Assembly: GCA_015680685.1 (NCBI GenBank)
Contig: MNCI01000908.1
Coordinates: forward strand, 225,094 to 289,093
Source: Gnetum montanum
Lineage: Eukaryota > Plantae > Gnetophyta
DNA length: 64,000 bases
Reading direction: 5' to 3'
This document shows positions 39,012 through 53,407 of the stretch, one piece after another. Both the position numbers and the translations under genes were made by a program. The notes below the pieces were generated by a model that made no database searches, was not told the origin of the DNA, and saw nothing but the letters and a program-made list of their open reading frames with translations. Position 1 is the first letter of the stretch, and every line of letters starts with the position of its first letter.

Positions 39012-39793
39012 ACAATGACTGTTCTCAATGCAAGACACAACCAATAGAGAATACCTTTCATAACTTGGGATTGAGATCTCAACTCATAAGTAAGACATAA
39101 TATAATATAATACAAAAATCAACACACTGCAAGTTTATCTTAGAGATGCAATCACCAATATACTTACATAATGTACTTACTCACTCCCTCTTGTTGAGCT
39201 CTTCACTCTTAAGAACTCTCTTCTAACACATTCCCATCTACAATGGTGAATACAATAATAAACTAGAAGATAGAAACCCTAAAAACCTTTCCTCAACTCC
39301 ATTGGAAGCTCTTTAGATGTTTTCCAAGTTTTCTTGCCTTTTCTCTAGCTATTTCTATCTTTTTCCATCATGTTCTTGATGTTTTCTGAGTTGGAACGAG
39401 TGTTTTCGAAAGTTTCCCTTGCTATAGGAGTCATCTCTGGTCCTTGGGAGATGTCTCCTATCAAAACTAGCTTTCAAAACAGATGTTGTATATTTTTACA
39501 AGATGTTTTCTTCTAAGCCAAGACATCTTCTCTTGGTAGAAGATGTCTTGGTTAAGGCATCTTCTCCATGCAAGAGATGTCTTGAGAAAGATGTCTTCCC
39601 ACCTACAAGGCATCTTCCCCAATAAGACTAATAAATCAACAAGATGTCTCCTCTGCATCCAAGACATCTTTTGTTAGTTTTCAGACTCTACCAAGACCTC
39701 TTCTATCCCTCCAAGACATCTTCTCCAAGCTTGAAACCTACAAACACAAATGTAGGAAAGAAACAAGGAATCAGAAGAGGTATCCCTACACCA
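39012..39793 (-). repeat. Element C 5' LTR (left edge approximate); degenerate Met-type PBS complement GGCTCTACAACCA at 38998-39010
   Basis: Shares TTGGAAC.GGTGTTT..AAAGTTTC and the CCCTACACCA terminus with the E LTR. Confidence 0.7.
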
Positions 39794-40217
39794 AGGATCC
39801 TTTGCTATAGTGTTGTTAGTTCCAAGTAGAGTAATTTGGTATCTTTATTCTTTATGTTTTTGTTTTGTGTTTAGTATGCATTTTTTTTAGCTAATTTAGT
39901 TTATTTAGCAACTGTGAGTTATTTTTCCTAAATTCTCAAATAAAAATATTGTAAGACTACTTTATATAATTTGACTATTTCTAAGATCTATTATCATGCA
40001 TGACTCTAGATGATATCAATCCAAAAGGAGAAACTACTAAATACATTCGTACAAATCATAAGGTGTCCTTGTTAGTCCATTGTGATGAATATTTTAATGT
40101 CTTTTTTGTGTGAACTTTTGTAATGCATCCCCTAGCTTTTGATCAAGAAGAAATTAAGAAAATAGTTGAAAACAACTTTATCAAGTATCCAGCTTTATCA
40201 ATTATCAAACACCTCAC

Positions 40218-40328
40218 TCTTCTTCGATGACATTGACTATTCACTGCAAATACTGCAAACTTTAAAGAGTATCTTCTTCAATGACATTGACTATTCAACG
40301 CAAATACTGCAGACTTTACAGAGTATCT
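40218..40328. repeat. 54-bp tandem duplication
   Basis: TCTTCTTC.ATGACATTGACTATTCA..GCAAATACTGCA.ACTTTA.AGAGTA x2. Confidence 0.85.
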
Positions 40329-40689
40329 GTAGGCTTCTGTTTGTATAATAATTGGGTTTGGGTAGAAAAATAATGTTTTCACCACCACCGTCAGCATTTT
40401 CTCCATCAACACTGCAAGTATGCTGGAATTGTCCAAGCAAGGCAATCACTCTCATCTGCATTTCTGAACTTTGTTTCTTCCCTGCTGTAAAAATATATCA
40501 CTCTCGTCTGCATTTCTGAACTTTGTTTCTGCAGTAATGTACCCTTCTGTCCTGAATTGTTTTCTGTTTCCCTGTCATGATGGAGGTAGATTTACTTTTT
40601 ACATGACGTCCAACCCTTCTTTATAAATGTTAAAAGCAGACCCTGGCACGCTCCACCTGTGCTGTGCGTGTTTACCATATTAGAAAGTT

Positions 40690-41453
40690 AGGAGCGGTTG
40701 GAAGAACTGAAAAGAGGAGAATGGATCCAAAAGCATGGAGCGGTTTACGCTCAAAGTGCTGGTTCCGACGATCCCACACATCCTGTCCGCGATTTCCATT
40801 TTTTTGGCTGTTTCTGTGCGCGATTTGGTGGCTTTCAGGGTAAGGCTCTTTGAAGATTCATGTTTTCTGCATGCAGAACGTGGTGTGACTTGACAGGACC
40901 TGCGCCAACATATCTGGCTGGCCTATGCGAAGCTTCAGCCAGATGGGGTGGGGTGGGGTTGGGTCCGCTGCCTCCCAGGCCAGAAAGGCGGAAGGAAGCG
41001 GTGGCCTTTGTCAACCCTGAGCAGCAGCTAGACATGCAGCACACCCAGTTAGAAACCGATTTGCCAATGCGGATAGGATAGATGGCCCGGCAGCCCTAAG
41101 AGTCAGGGTGGGTGGAGGCTTTTCGTGCTGTGGTTGTGTCGTTTCTGGCTCTGTGTTTCTTATTGTCTGCCTGCTTATCTCTGCGTTAAAATGGGTTGGT
41201 CCGGCGGCTGGGCCAGTGGAAGGGTTTCTGTGTTTTGTTCGTTTCAGTAAGTCCGGAGGCCCTTCCCTCTGGATCCGTGGGTCCGCTTCGGTTTTGACTG
41301 TGAGGCACACCCCAAAGGTTTTTGGTTTTGGGGTGAGCCGGCACTCGTCTTTGTTTGATTGAGTCGGATGCTTAGGGGTCTCCCCTTGGTTGTCTCTCTT
41401 TATTTCTGTACATATTGATTTTAATATAGTCTCGAAATTTTCTTTAAAAAAAA
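40690..41453 (+). mobile_element. GC/CpG-rich segment ending in an A-tail; possible 5'-truncated LINE or retroposed 3' end
   Basis: Composition contrast with flanks; T/G-rich 3' end TGTACATATTGATTTTAATATA then an A-run; no TSD or RT motif found. Confidence 0.35.
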
Positions 41454-43329
41454 GATTTGCACAGATGATTTGCTGTCAAAGATTGGTAATCAGGACAACA
41501 GAATGTGGACTGTTATAAAAGCTCTTGCGAATTAATCTTGGCTCCTAGGGTTAGACGCAGATTTTAGCAGGACGGTTTTATTCATCAAGGTCTGGTTGAG
41601 GTTGAGTGAATGACATAGCTTAAATAAATTTGGTATGTATATAGAATAACTACAAGCAAGCATCTGAAATTAAGGATTGTTCATGAGATTAAGGATTGTT
41701 CATGAGACTACCCTATGTGAAATATGTGCGTAAGAGCATGCATTTGTTCAAGCCTGTTTCAACCTTAGTAATTGAGGTGAATGTAACTTAATTTTACTAA
41801 ATTGTCTTTACATTTCTTTGGGCCTATCTCTATGTGTTATCGTTAATAGTTGAAGTGAATTTTACCACATTCAAGTTAATTCTGTTTAGGAGGGTTGTTA
41901 CATGAGTAAAGATTAACCTCAAAACATAGTTATACATAGGCCTTAAAACTATGTTTTTGATTAGAAAAACAAACACTTTACCATTACTCTAAATGATGTT
42001 TCTTTATTATTCAGCAGATCATTTTCAAGTAGCTCAATGTTCATCTCTCTCAAGAGAAGTCCTAAAAGGGTTAGTAGAGGAGCAAAAGTCTAACCTCTTT
42101 CACATCACACGCTCAAACTTCAACCTTGATCTAAGCTTTAAGAAATAAACACCTCACCATCTCTTGGAAATGACAATCCCTATCATTTTAGATGTATAAT
42201 ACAATAAAATATCAAGTACCACACTTATATTTTCATACATAATGTTAAATTTCAAATAACATCTTAGACCACCAAATACCTTGAAGAAGCACATGAATTT
42301 AAAATGAGATTTTCCATCTTGAGAGACCTATTTTTTTATTGCATATATTTCAACTTAATGAACCTTGGGAGGAAAAAATTTTACCTTAAAAGTTTTATGC
42401 ACAAAATTGTCAAATTAGTAGGAAAAATATAATCATGAAGGTAATGGTGAAAGGTTTTTAACTAAACATATGAATTGAAATAAAAATTTTAGCCTATGCT
42501 TCACTAAAACTAAAGTTCAGATGATTTACAATCTCTTATTGCTAAAAACCTACTCAATACATCTACAAGACATGTGATGACAAGAAAGTTTTAATTGAGG
42601 TGTGTAAGAAAGTTTTAACAAATAGATACATTAATGTGGGTTTCAACCATGGATTCTTGTGTTGCTTGTAGATCTACAAATTTTTGGTATGAATTCTCAT
42701 GTTATTTTGTTGACTTTTTGATGTCAAAATCAATTAATTTGAATTATGGATTTTATTGTCATAGAAGTATTTGTAATTCCTAGTTGCGTGAAACTTTGTG
42801 CTTTGGCATAGGAATTACCAACATACATAAGTGACATTTTTCTTGTTTTTTAGGTTTATTTTCTTTTTAAAAAATTGAGATAATTAAACATGGGATGCTT
42901 AAGAGTTAAACCTAGAAAAACAAGAGCTCTAGTGTTCAAATCACTAGCTTGTTAATAATATTTAGAGACTATCATTTAGAGTGATGGTAAGGTGTCTATT
43001 TCTTAAGTTGGAAGACATAGGTTCAAGCTTGCACACAACTGGAAGACATAGGTTCAAGCTATTAATTCATCTAGATTGTATACCATTTGGAACAAATTTG
43101 GTATCAACTCAAATTCCCATTTATGTATGCATGATAGATGGATTACTTAGAGGGTGGTTTCTAGCCTCAATGGTATAGAAATAGAAAAAATTTTAAAATT
43201 TTATTTTTAAATTTAAAAATTTATAAGTTTTTCAAGACATAAGGAAGATTTGCTTTTCCTTTTTTTTTAACTCTAAATTTATATATAAGATTATTACAAA
43301 AAATGATTTTATTCATAACAAACTCACTA

Positions 43330-44282
43330 AGACTTGAAAAATGAAATCATCATTGATGAAGAAAAAATGGAAGATATTCGAAGAGTTCCTACATTTTCAA
43401 AAATTTGTATTTTTTTACAATGCATTATTCATTAAGGTCTTCCTACTGGTTATATGCTACTTTATTTAAATTTTTCACTTACAAGTATTTATCAAAATGT
43501 TTTAAATCACTTCGAACTATGAAGTGTTTTTCCTATAAAAAGAGTCTAAATTTTTCAATTCCACAAATAATGGCTAGTAATTCTTTGTGAGTACTATGAT
43601 AATTTTGTTCCGTAGGATTGAACTTACCACTTGCGTATCTACATATGTACACTATACCAATTAAGTCTTCCTTCAATATAGCTCCCTAGCAGAGATCAAA
43701 TGCATCCATTTTTACTACTTTTGTATGCATTTTAAATTGTGATAATTTTGTACATTGTTCCTTCAACCTTTTTACTACTTTTGTATGCTATTCTGTCCAG
43801 TGTCCTACATCTTTCTTTAATTGTTCATTTAAAATATTTCTATCATATGCTAGATTCTTATAAAATCTAGAGATATAAGTTAAACAACCTAAAAATATTT
43901 GTAATTTTGTTTCATCTTTGATTTCATTGGGGAATTTTTGTATTTCAAGAAGAATATGCTCCTGTAAGGTTATTTTACCATTCCTAATTTGTAATCCTAA
44001 GAAATTAATAGTATCTTTCCCTATAAACATTTTTTTTCTTAGATGGGGATAGAACTAAACCATTTTGATCAACAAGTTCATAAAATTTCTATAAATGGCG
44101 TAGATGTTAATCAATATTTTTTGACATTATAAGAATATCATCAATGTAGACCATGATAAAGGGATATGCATGAAATATTTTATCCATGTTCATCTGGAAG
44201 ACGGAAGGTGCTATCTTTATTTTGAAAGGTAAGACATTTCATGCTTAAAGACCATCAGGAATGGTAAATGCAGTTTTCCATC
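43330..44282 (-). pseudogene. Endogenous caulimovirid (pararetrovirus) RT C-terminal half and RNase H
   Basis: WKTAFTIPDG..VLPF..APSVFQ..MDKIF..VYIDDILI; INFLGLQI.NGKI.LQ.HIL..KFP.EIKD..KLQ.FLGCL; ICRYASGKF..EQNYHS..KELLAI. Confidence 0.9.
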
Positions 44283-45145
44283 TGATGAGTAGCAAGGTAC
44301 CCCTATGCCCAACCATACGAATCACAGGTGTTCACGTGCGATCCAGTCAAATTTTGCAAAGTATAATTACTAAGTACGCTAGAGCTAAAAAATGAGTGTG
44401 TGTTGTCCATTCATTGTTTTCCCAGTCCCACTTATGGAATGCAATTGCATGGTTAAGTGTGACTAAGGCATAAGATTTTTGTTATTTTGTGTTTTTATGA
44501 AATTACTTGCCTAGAACAAAGATGAAAGTAAGAGTGATTAATTACTAAGTAAACTATGGTCTAATCTAGCCTAACACAAGTAATCGTTCCTACTTCCTGG
44601 ACACATCCTGAACTTTATGTGAACACTGCTAGGTTGTCAAACACTAATCATTTCTAAGCTACCAAGTGTCACACGTATGTTTGAAGGGGTCGTGCTTGTG
44701 TATTTTAATGATTTTCTTGATTGATCAAAATTAATTGCTATATAAATAATATTTACGTAAATTGCATAAAATATAAATGCATAAGAAAGAAAGTCTCAAG
44801 TGCTACAAGGAATGAATCAAAGAGTTTGTCTTTATTGCCAACGCAATGGTGTGCTTAGGTACATCAATGCTTGAATAAAGATCCATTCACACTTAGACCT
44901 CCTATTGTGGGCACCTGGAAAGTATTCTAACTTTCAAATTAACGAACGGCAAGAGTTTCACTACTTAACTGTCAAAAACTTACTCCCAATTATGCACATG
45001 GGCATTGTATTTATAGACCCAAGAGTAACCCTACAATATCAAATGTATGATATCACATCTTGGACCACGATATCGAGTACTTGCTATCATGTACCCGATA
45101 TCACGGCCACCCCGATATTAGAGCATTGAATAACATGATTTATCA
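44283..45145 (-). repeat. B2 3' LTR
   Basis: Colinear with 53428-54289; PPT complement TACCTCCATG adjacent. Confidence 0.95.
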
Positions 45146-47211
45146 TACCTCCATGATTGAATGAAAACTCTTCCTCTAGTACATAAGAAGAGGAACAAGT
45201 CCTTTACAAAATATATTAGGGGGTGTGGACTTATTTGATTGATATCCATAGTGACACAGAGAAAATAAATAAATACAAAAGTTCCTAAGCATACAATATT
45301 ACAATTGTGTACAAAATTGGGTGTTCATGACAATAGGGAAGAACACCAACAAATCCAAAGGACATCCAACCCCTCTTGGCAATAGAAAAATGAGGGAGAG
45401 GTAGAAGAGATCCATTGATCATGAACAATCTCCCATGAGTGATATGGTTGCATCCTCCCTAGTGAGACAGTCTCACTTCCAGTCCACGCTTCCCACTACA
45501 ATCACAACAAAACCAAGGATTAGTATATATAGTGCAACAAATAATAGTTGAATACCTTGTCCTATCAGTGATTTTTATCTAGCCAAGTTGTGATTATGAT
45601 AGATTGGTTACTTGATATTGTTAGTGGAAAGACTGACAAATGGGTTAAGTAAGAAAAGCAATCCATAAAATTCAAAAAAAAAAAGCTTAACACAAGGAAT
45701 ACTAGAAAAAGGGTATTCACAACAATAAAAAGGAGTTCATTACAAACAGTTGTGAAGGTGCATACAATTGGATGTCATGGATGGGGTAAATAAAAAAATT
45801 TGATTATAACAACGTCTAAGGGTAAAGAACTTAACTTAACCAAACTAAAAGATATGTAAGTAGGACCTCTCCAAAGTAGGCACAGGCCTTTTATGCACTT
45901 ACATAACTTCAAACCAAGGAGTCCATGAGCACCATGGATGATTAATGGTTACAGAAAGTTAAGTACAAAAACCCAAAAGTAACTAATTGAGAAACCCAAC
46001 ACATCAAACCAGAACATCAAATCAAAATATGAAACTAGTAGTGAGGTGAGGCATGGAAATCATATATGGATGACAGAGAAAGTGGAATGGAGTTCCTAAT
46101 TATGGTCACATACAGTTCCTTATGGAGTTTGTGATTAAATGACTTGGTAGGATCCATCTTTAGTCCAGATCAAAACCAACCACTTCAGTGACTTAACATC
46201 GACATTATAAGGCTAGTCAATCCCCTGAGACACAAGAATGCTCCCACAAAACAACCACCATTCCAAATTGGAGTGAAGGTAGGAAGTGAGAAAGGACCTT
46301 AGTTAGAGGATACAAGACAAGTCTCATAACTAGTGCTTGTAGCCCTTTTATTTAGTCTAACGGATGTGCTTTGAATTCCCATGTTTTTTTTCTTTGAATG
46401 GGAACCACACCATGCAAAGACCCATGCATTTTTTCACATTTATTTTGTCCAAGGGGTGTTCTTTGAATCCTTATCTTTTTTTTCTGTGATGAGGACCACA
46501 CCATGCAAAGACTTATTTGACTTCCTATTATGAAATAACATGGAATAGTGAGAAGTTTATGAGAACACTCCTACACATAGGAAAATAGAAAATCATGAAG
46601 AATATCGCATCCCATTGAAGCCACATCCTATCCAAAACTTTAATTCCTTCCCAATTCTAGAAACTACACAAGTTACCAATCTATTAAAGTTGCATTAATG
46701 AAGAATAGACTGCACACTTCCAAAACAAGAAAAACCATAGAGTATGTAGATGAGTGAATGATGTGGACTCACTACCTATTACATGAAAAGAAACCATGTC
46801 CCAATCATCAATAACAATGTTTAAAGTCAGAAACCAAACATCAACAATCAAATTACAAATGAAGCATACCACCATTGAGTAGTGCATTACCATTATACCT
46901 AGCACCTTATTAGTAGAAAAAGTAGAGAAACACATCAAACACAAGCAAACATAACCATAAAAGAAAGTAAAAGAGTAGACAATAAATATTAAATATATTA
47001 ACAATGGTGTAAAATAAAGACTAAGAGAATATCAATAACCTTAAAAATACAAATATGTAAAACAAAGATGTAAAACAAAGAAGATGAAAACAAAAAATTT
47101 TAAAACCAAACATGGGGAAAACTTAAAAAAAAAAAGTCAAAAATCGAGGAGCTGCCTAAGGTGTTAGTATGGATGGCCATCTCCCTGAAGACTAAGTTGC
47201 AAGGGAGAGAT

Positions 47212-50200
47212 CTAAAAGATTGAGCGTGGTTGTCCATCTAACGAGGTGTTTGATGTGTTGGTTGGCTTGGGCTCATGGAAAGGTTTTATTTGTTGAATGT
47301 TGACTAATTGTTTCTTATTTGAGCTATTAGGTTTGTAGATGATCATGGCCCCAGATGAAAGAGTCTCACCAATGATGTAAGGTCCTTCCCACAATGTTTG
47401 AAATTTGGTTTGTTGGGGTACATGTGCAAGATTCCAATAAAGAACCTTGTCTCCTAGTTAAAACTTGACTTTTCTTATTTTGAGGTCATGGCATTTCTTA
47501 TTGGATGCCTTATGCATTTTGTTGGATGACAGGGCCATTAACCGATTTTCATCTAGCAAGTTAAGGTTCATCAATTGTTCTTTTTGTGCTAGACTTAGAT
47601 GTAGGTCAAGGACACAAGCTGTAGAGAGTGTACAAAGCTCGAATTGGATGGGCAATGATGGTAGTTTTTCATACACAAGCTCATAGGGAGAATAGCCTAT
47701 GGGAAGCTTCCATGTAGAGCGATAGGCCAAAAGGGCATCATTTAATTTAGTGCTCTAGTCCCTTGGGTATTTTCTAGTGGTACACGTTAGGATTTTTGTA
47801 ATTTCCCAATTAGTGACCTCAGCTTGACCATTAGCTTAGGAGTGATATGGTGTTGTGAGTTTATGTTCAACCCCTAAGTGCTACATCAATTTCTGAAAAG
47901 TGGTACCTATAAAATGAGTTCCATTATTAGAAATTAATGCACGAGGTACACCAAACCTATTTATGATGTTTTGTTATATAAATCGAGCAGCAGTGGTGGA
48001 TGTACAATTGGTGACGGTTGCTACTTCTACACACTTGGTATAATAGTCAACTATGACTATGACTATTATATATGCCTTTACATTTGATAAAGATGCAATG
48101 GAATCCATAAAGTTGATACCCCAAATATCAAATGGCTCGAGAGGTTGTATCCATTTTTGTTGCTCCTCCATTCAAGCTGTCATTCCACCATCCCTCTGGC
48201 AATGATCACAAGCGCAGATAAATTGGTGTGCATCCTTGAATATTGTTGGCCAATAATACCTTGCCATGAGGATTTTTATGATCGTGCATCTCCCAGCATA
48301 ATGTCCCCCACAAGGACCTTTGTGAGCATCCTAAAGAATGTGCAGTTGATCTATATCAGGGACACACCAACATACTAGGCCATTGGGACAAACTTTGTAA
48401 ATATTTTTATTAATCTCCATGAAATGCTTAACTCGGTGAAGAAACTATTATTTCTTTCTAGTGTCCAACCCTTGCAGCAGTTCTTGCTTAAGTAGATAAG
48501 TGAGGATGGTATCATACCATTTTAGTTCATTAAGCATTTGTGCATTAATAGCACCTACAAGGAGAGATTTTTCAGGGAATTGATCAGATAAAGGACTCTC
48601 TTTCTCCTTGTCATTCCATCTTAGTCGCGATAAGTGATCTACGACCACATTCTCCACACCTTTGCAATCTACCATCATGAGATCAAATTTTTGTAAAATC
48701 ATAGACCATTGTATGACACATGTGCTCATTGATGGTTTGTTCATTAGAAATCTGATGGTGCTATGATCTGTGTGCACAAACACTTTGTAGCCAAGCACAT
48801 AGTGCTTGAACATCTCTAAGGTGAATACCACTACCATTACCTCCTTTTCTGTGATGGTGTAGTTCAATTGTGCACTTGCAATGCTCCAACTTATCCAATG
48901 AATGTAATATGAACATTTTTTATCATCCATCTACATAAGCACTACCTACAAAGCATAATTTGATGCATCGATTATCACATGAAACAGTCTAGACCAATTT
49001 GGTGCTTGAAGAATGAGGGTTTCAACAAGCTTTTGCTTCAATTATTGAAATGTTGCTTCACATGCAGGGGTCCAGATAAATGATGCATCCTTCTTTGTTA
49101 ATTCTACCAACAGCTTAGTGATTTTGGAAAAATTCTTGATGAAGCGCTGGTAATAGCCAATATGACCGACGAATGACAAAAATTCTTTGACTATTTTGGG
49201 TTGGCAGGTTATTCCTTGGATGATCCTTATTTTTTCATGGTTCACCTCGATTCTTTCTTTTAAGATGCGATGCCCCAATACTATACCTTCCTACACCATA
49301 AGATGGCTCTTTTGTCAATTGAGCTGGATGTTTGTTTCGACACATCTCTTTAACACCTACTCAAGATGGTCTAAGGCTTGCTCAAACATCACTCCATAGG
49401 TAGAAACATCATCCATAAAGACTTCTACCTCACTACTGATCTATTATTGGAAAATGTTGAGAGCTAATAGTTGAAATGTGGCTGGGGCATTACATAGACC
49501 AAATGACATTTGATGGTAAGAAAAATTCCCCCAATGACTTGTGAAAGTTATCTTTGCCTAGTTCTCTAATGCAATCTAGATTTGGTTATAGCCACTATAA
49601 CCATCCAAAAAGTTGTAATGGTTGTGCCCTGAAATATTGTCCAGCACTTGGTCGACGAAAGGCAACAGAAAATGATCCTTCAAAGTTTCCATGTTGAGTA
49701 GCTAGAAATAAATGCACATCTATCATTTTCCTTATTTCATTGGTATGATCATGAGTGAACTGACCCACTCACTATTTATGACAAGGTAGATGCATCCTAC
49801 TTTGAGGAGTTGTTCAATCTCCTCTTTGAAAATCTGTTTTAACTTGGGATTCAAACACCACTGCGGTTGTCATTTTGGCTTGATGGCAAGGTTGGTGTAT
49901 ATTTGGTGCTAGAATATTCTTGGATCTATCCCAGTAAGTTTGGAATATGACCATGCAAAGGCTGCTAACCATTTTTCCATAACTTTTATCAACCTTTTCT
50001 TCCATTCAATAGCAAGCTTGGCATTAATGATAACCAACCTCCCATTTTTCAAAAATATGTACTCCATTCTAGCTGGTATTGTCTTCCATTTAAAGGCCTC
50101 TTGTTTAAAATTGTTAAGAATTTCTAGCTCACCCCAATTGACATCATCATTTTCTCCTTCATAGAGCTGGTGATGAACTTTCTCGAGTTCATCCATACTT

Positions 50201-53200
50201 GCAAAATATTTGTACATTAGGCCCTCAGTAGGTTCCATGCATAATGTACTACTGCTAGAATCAACTGTCAATCACTTGGTGCCTTCTTGTTTTGTGGCTA
50301 CTGTGTATAGACATCTCTGGATATCAGCTTCTGGTGCACACTACCTACATGCAGAGATAGATGTTTTCTTTATTGATCATAACTTCTACACACAATGGCG
50401 CCCTGAATCGCTATATGTGATACATGAAACTCTCTTCTTCTTGATCTTTCCAAATTCATTTTCTTTTGATATCTCCAAGGAAAGATCTCTAATTCCCATT
50501 TTAGCATCAATAGTACTTAACCACGCCCTTCCCATAATGATTGGAAATTCCCCCTTGCAGTTCTCCACTTTGATTACTAGGAAATCAACAAGATATGACC
50601 ACCTACAAATGGTGGTGACAATGTCCTCAACCAGTCTCAATGGAACAGTGATGGACTGGTCCACCAATTCTAGCTAGATGTTTCTCTTCTTCAAGGGAGG
50701 AAGGTTTTACATTGTGTACATCTCATGCAAGATCAAATTAACACCAGACCCAAAGTCAAGAAGAGCTTTATAAGGCTCATTCCTAGCAATTTGGAAGTAA
50801 ACTAGGGGATTCCCAGGATCAGCTAATTTCTTGGTCAAGTAACTAGCTCGAATCTAATTGGATACAACATGTGTTAGCATTACAATATGGATTCAAGAAG
50901 GATTTTGGTTTGAAGGGGACTCGGATAGAGAGGAAACAAAAGAAGTTAGAGCAGTAGGGTTACCAACCATCGATGTGTCCAAGGGCTTTGGTGGACTACG
51001 AGGCTAGAAGAAGAGTTTTTTCTTTGTTCGTGGCTTTAACCCACTTAATGGGTTAATCGATTATAGATTAACTACCCTCATAGAATTCCTTTGTTATGGT
51101 TGTGCAAGCAATTCTCCCTATATGGACAAAGAAGATGGTAGCTATGCCGGAGGTGGAGGAGTAGGTGCAGGAATAAGAGGTACATAAGGGTAGTAGGTGG
51201 CATCCCTACTTGGATAGGATAATTGGTATGCTTCAGGAGGGTAGTGGTGAGGTTGGTAAGTAGCAACATCACTAGAGGAGTCCCTTGGAGATGAAGATTG
51301 CTAAACATAGTATCCGAAGGGATCTAGTTGTCGGTAAGGGTATTACTGTCTTGAAGGTGGCCATGCCCACAATTGTGGTTGCTACCACTACTAGTACAAT
51401 TAATAGGGTTTCAAAGGAGTTTCATTTGGATAGTACTACTATGGTTGGTGGAACTATTGAGGATTGCCTTGTGGATAAGGCAATCTTTTGGGTGTTTGCC
51501 TTTGTGCAAGTTGTGGATGTAAGGCATACACTCCAGATTCCTGCAAGTGTGATACAACTAGACAACATCCCTTAAGATGTCCATACTAGTAGACATCACA
51601 CCCACCATCATCATCTGAATTGCTATCTGTAACCATCTCTATCGTAGCCATTCTACCTTTACCCTTAGATATGCCACATTCATCTTTCTTACATCTCCAG
51701 TGCTCACGCTCACCACTTTGCTCTTTGGACTCTTCAGTAATTTTTAAGATAGCTTGAAACTTATTGTCCATTGATTTCCATAATTGATCAATCTTAGCCA
51801 TGATTTCTAATTACAATTTTTGGAATGACAATTTTTTCTGATTAACCATCTCATTCATCCTCACTGTCACAAAATCGAATCCCTTTTTCCAAATAGAAGG
51901 GTCCTTGTTGTATTCTTCTACACTTTCACATTTTCTTTATTCTCCCTTCTCCTTGGCTACTTGATTAATTAATTTTTGAATCTAATGGATGCTTAACTCT
52001 ATCAATCTCCCTTGGGCATAGATGCTAAGGGTTTTCCTAGTTTCAAATTGCAACCCGTCTATGATATGGTGAAGCTAATCAAGTTGAGAGTATCTAATGG
52101 TTGGGACACCTATGTAACAGATAGTAGTATCAGCCAATAGCAACATCTAAGGGCTCATGATTCCCTTATTTCCACCCTTGAATTTGTTTTCTTAGATTGG
52201 ATGCTTGGGAGTACATTTGCTATTTGTCATTGAATAATTCCAACATCATACTCCACCACCTAATTGATTCTGGTTCCAAGGATTGATACCAATTTTCTAC
52301 TTCTTTTATAAGTGTCCTTGGAAATAATTTTAACGTTTTCCATTCGTTCTCAATATTCTGCAAGGCACATGCATCTTGGAAGGCTTGGAGATGATTTTGT
52401 GGATCAGCATCATATCCTCCCTCAAACCAAGGAATGTTGTTCATACCCAACCTCTTTATTCTGTTGTCCTTCACATGCCTTGTTGGGATCCTCACAGCCT
52501 TTGCAATATTCAACATGCCCCAAGTAGCAAATAGAGGTTCATCAAGGCCATGATGATGGTGCCTACGATGTTCTCTACTAGCCCTTCTTTCTTGATGGTG
52601 GTCCTCTCTAAATTACCCACGTCTTTTGTCACAACTGTCCTGATGATCCCTTCTATTGTTCTGGTCTCGTCAATTACCTCCATCATGATTTTTTCTTCTA
52701 TGGCCACGATCTAAACCAAATAAAGAAGAGGATGACAATGATGAAGGGAAAGAAGAAGGGGAACTTGCTCCATGCTAACATCTATCACCCTTTCTTTGAT
52801 GCTCATGACCATGATCGCGATCATGATCTTCTTTGTCTCCCTTTTCTTGACTTTCTTCTCCTCACTAAAGAAGTGGTCACCTTCATCAATTGGGCCAAGT
52901 GGAGGTGAAAAGATATTTGATCCCTTGCCCTTCATAAGCTCATGTTGGTGCTCCAGCTGACGATCCCTTAATCTTTGTGCTTCAGTGGGATGATAATCCC
53001 TTTAGTTGGAATCTCACATCTCATATTATCCATGGAGATGTTGAAGCCTGTGTCGTGCAAGCATTAGCTGGAGTATTACTGGAATAGATTGGTCAGGTGG
53101 CAACACAATGTTGCCTTCCATATCATGCCAATGCATTAGTTCATCTTAATGCAAGATGAAGCTAAAGTCTGGTACATGCTCATCAAGATGAGTATATACC

Positions 53201-53250
53201 ACTTGGTATTGTTGAGGCACTTGAACTACCCTGGGTGAAGATGGGCTCCT
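47212..53250 (-). pseudogene. B2 gag-pol remnant
   Basis: FEGGYDADPQNHLQAF; ALLDFGSGVNLI; FAWSY; LDGYSGYNQI; NYTITEKE..VFTLEMFKHYVLG; EPFDIWGINFM; WEGPYII. Confidence 0.9.
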
Positions 53251-53407
53251 ATGAGAAGAAGAAATTTTGTATTAATAAATAATGTGCAGTTGAGATTTAA
53301 TTTAATGAGAATAATTTTAATTTTGTTTTTGTAGGATTTGACTCTTAAGGTTCAAACAAAGAGGTTACTAAGTTTCACTGCATTTAGATAGTGCACGAAG
53401 AACTATA

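Larger units (their letters stand above)
13890..39793 (-). mobile_element. Element C: degenerate CRM-like Ty3/Gypsy element interrupted by D; 3' LTR lost
   Basis: CRM-type protease CLVSGEW..VLIDGEATENIIS..LGLATKPHLRPFKVHWL; RT FSKIDLNSGYHQIRIR..PFGLTNAPTMFMRLM..FDDILVYS; integrase FSSAYHPQFNGQTEVVN and GPF..K.N..FNVLDL. The 5' LTR ends in CCCTACACCA at 39793. Confidence 0.85.

Noticed and set aside
40835-41362. Four overlapping ORFs as a host gene
   Set aside because: Expected from GC-rich, stop-poor DNA; no recognisable domain.
41669-41707. 19-bp tandem duplication ATTAAGGATTGTTCATGAG
   Set aside because: Ordinary slippage or repair duplication with no wider structure.
46684-47004. Hydrophobic ORF as Athila env
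   Set aside because: Explained by T-rich low-complexity DNA; no proper start or length.
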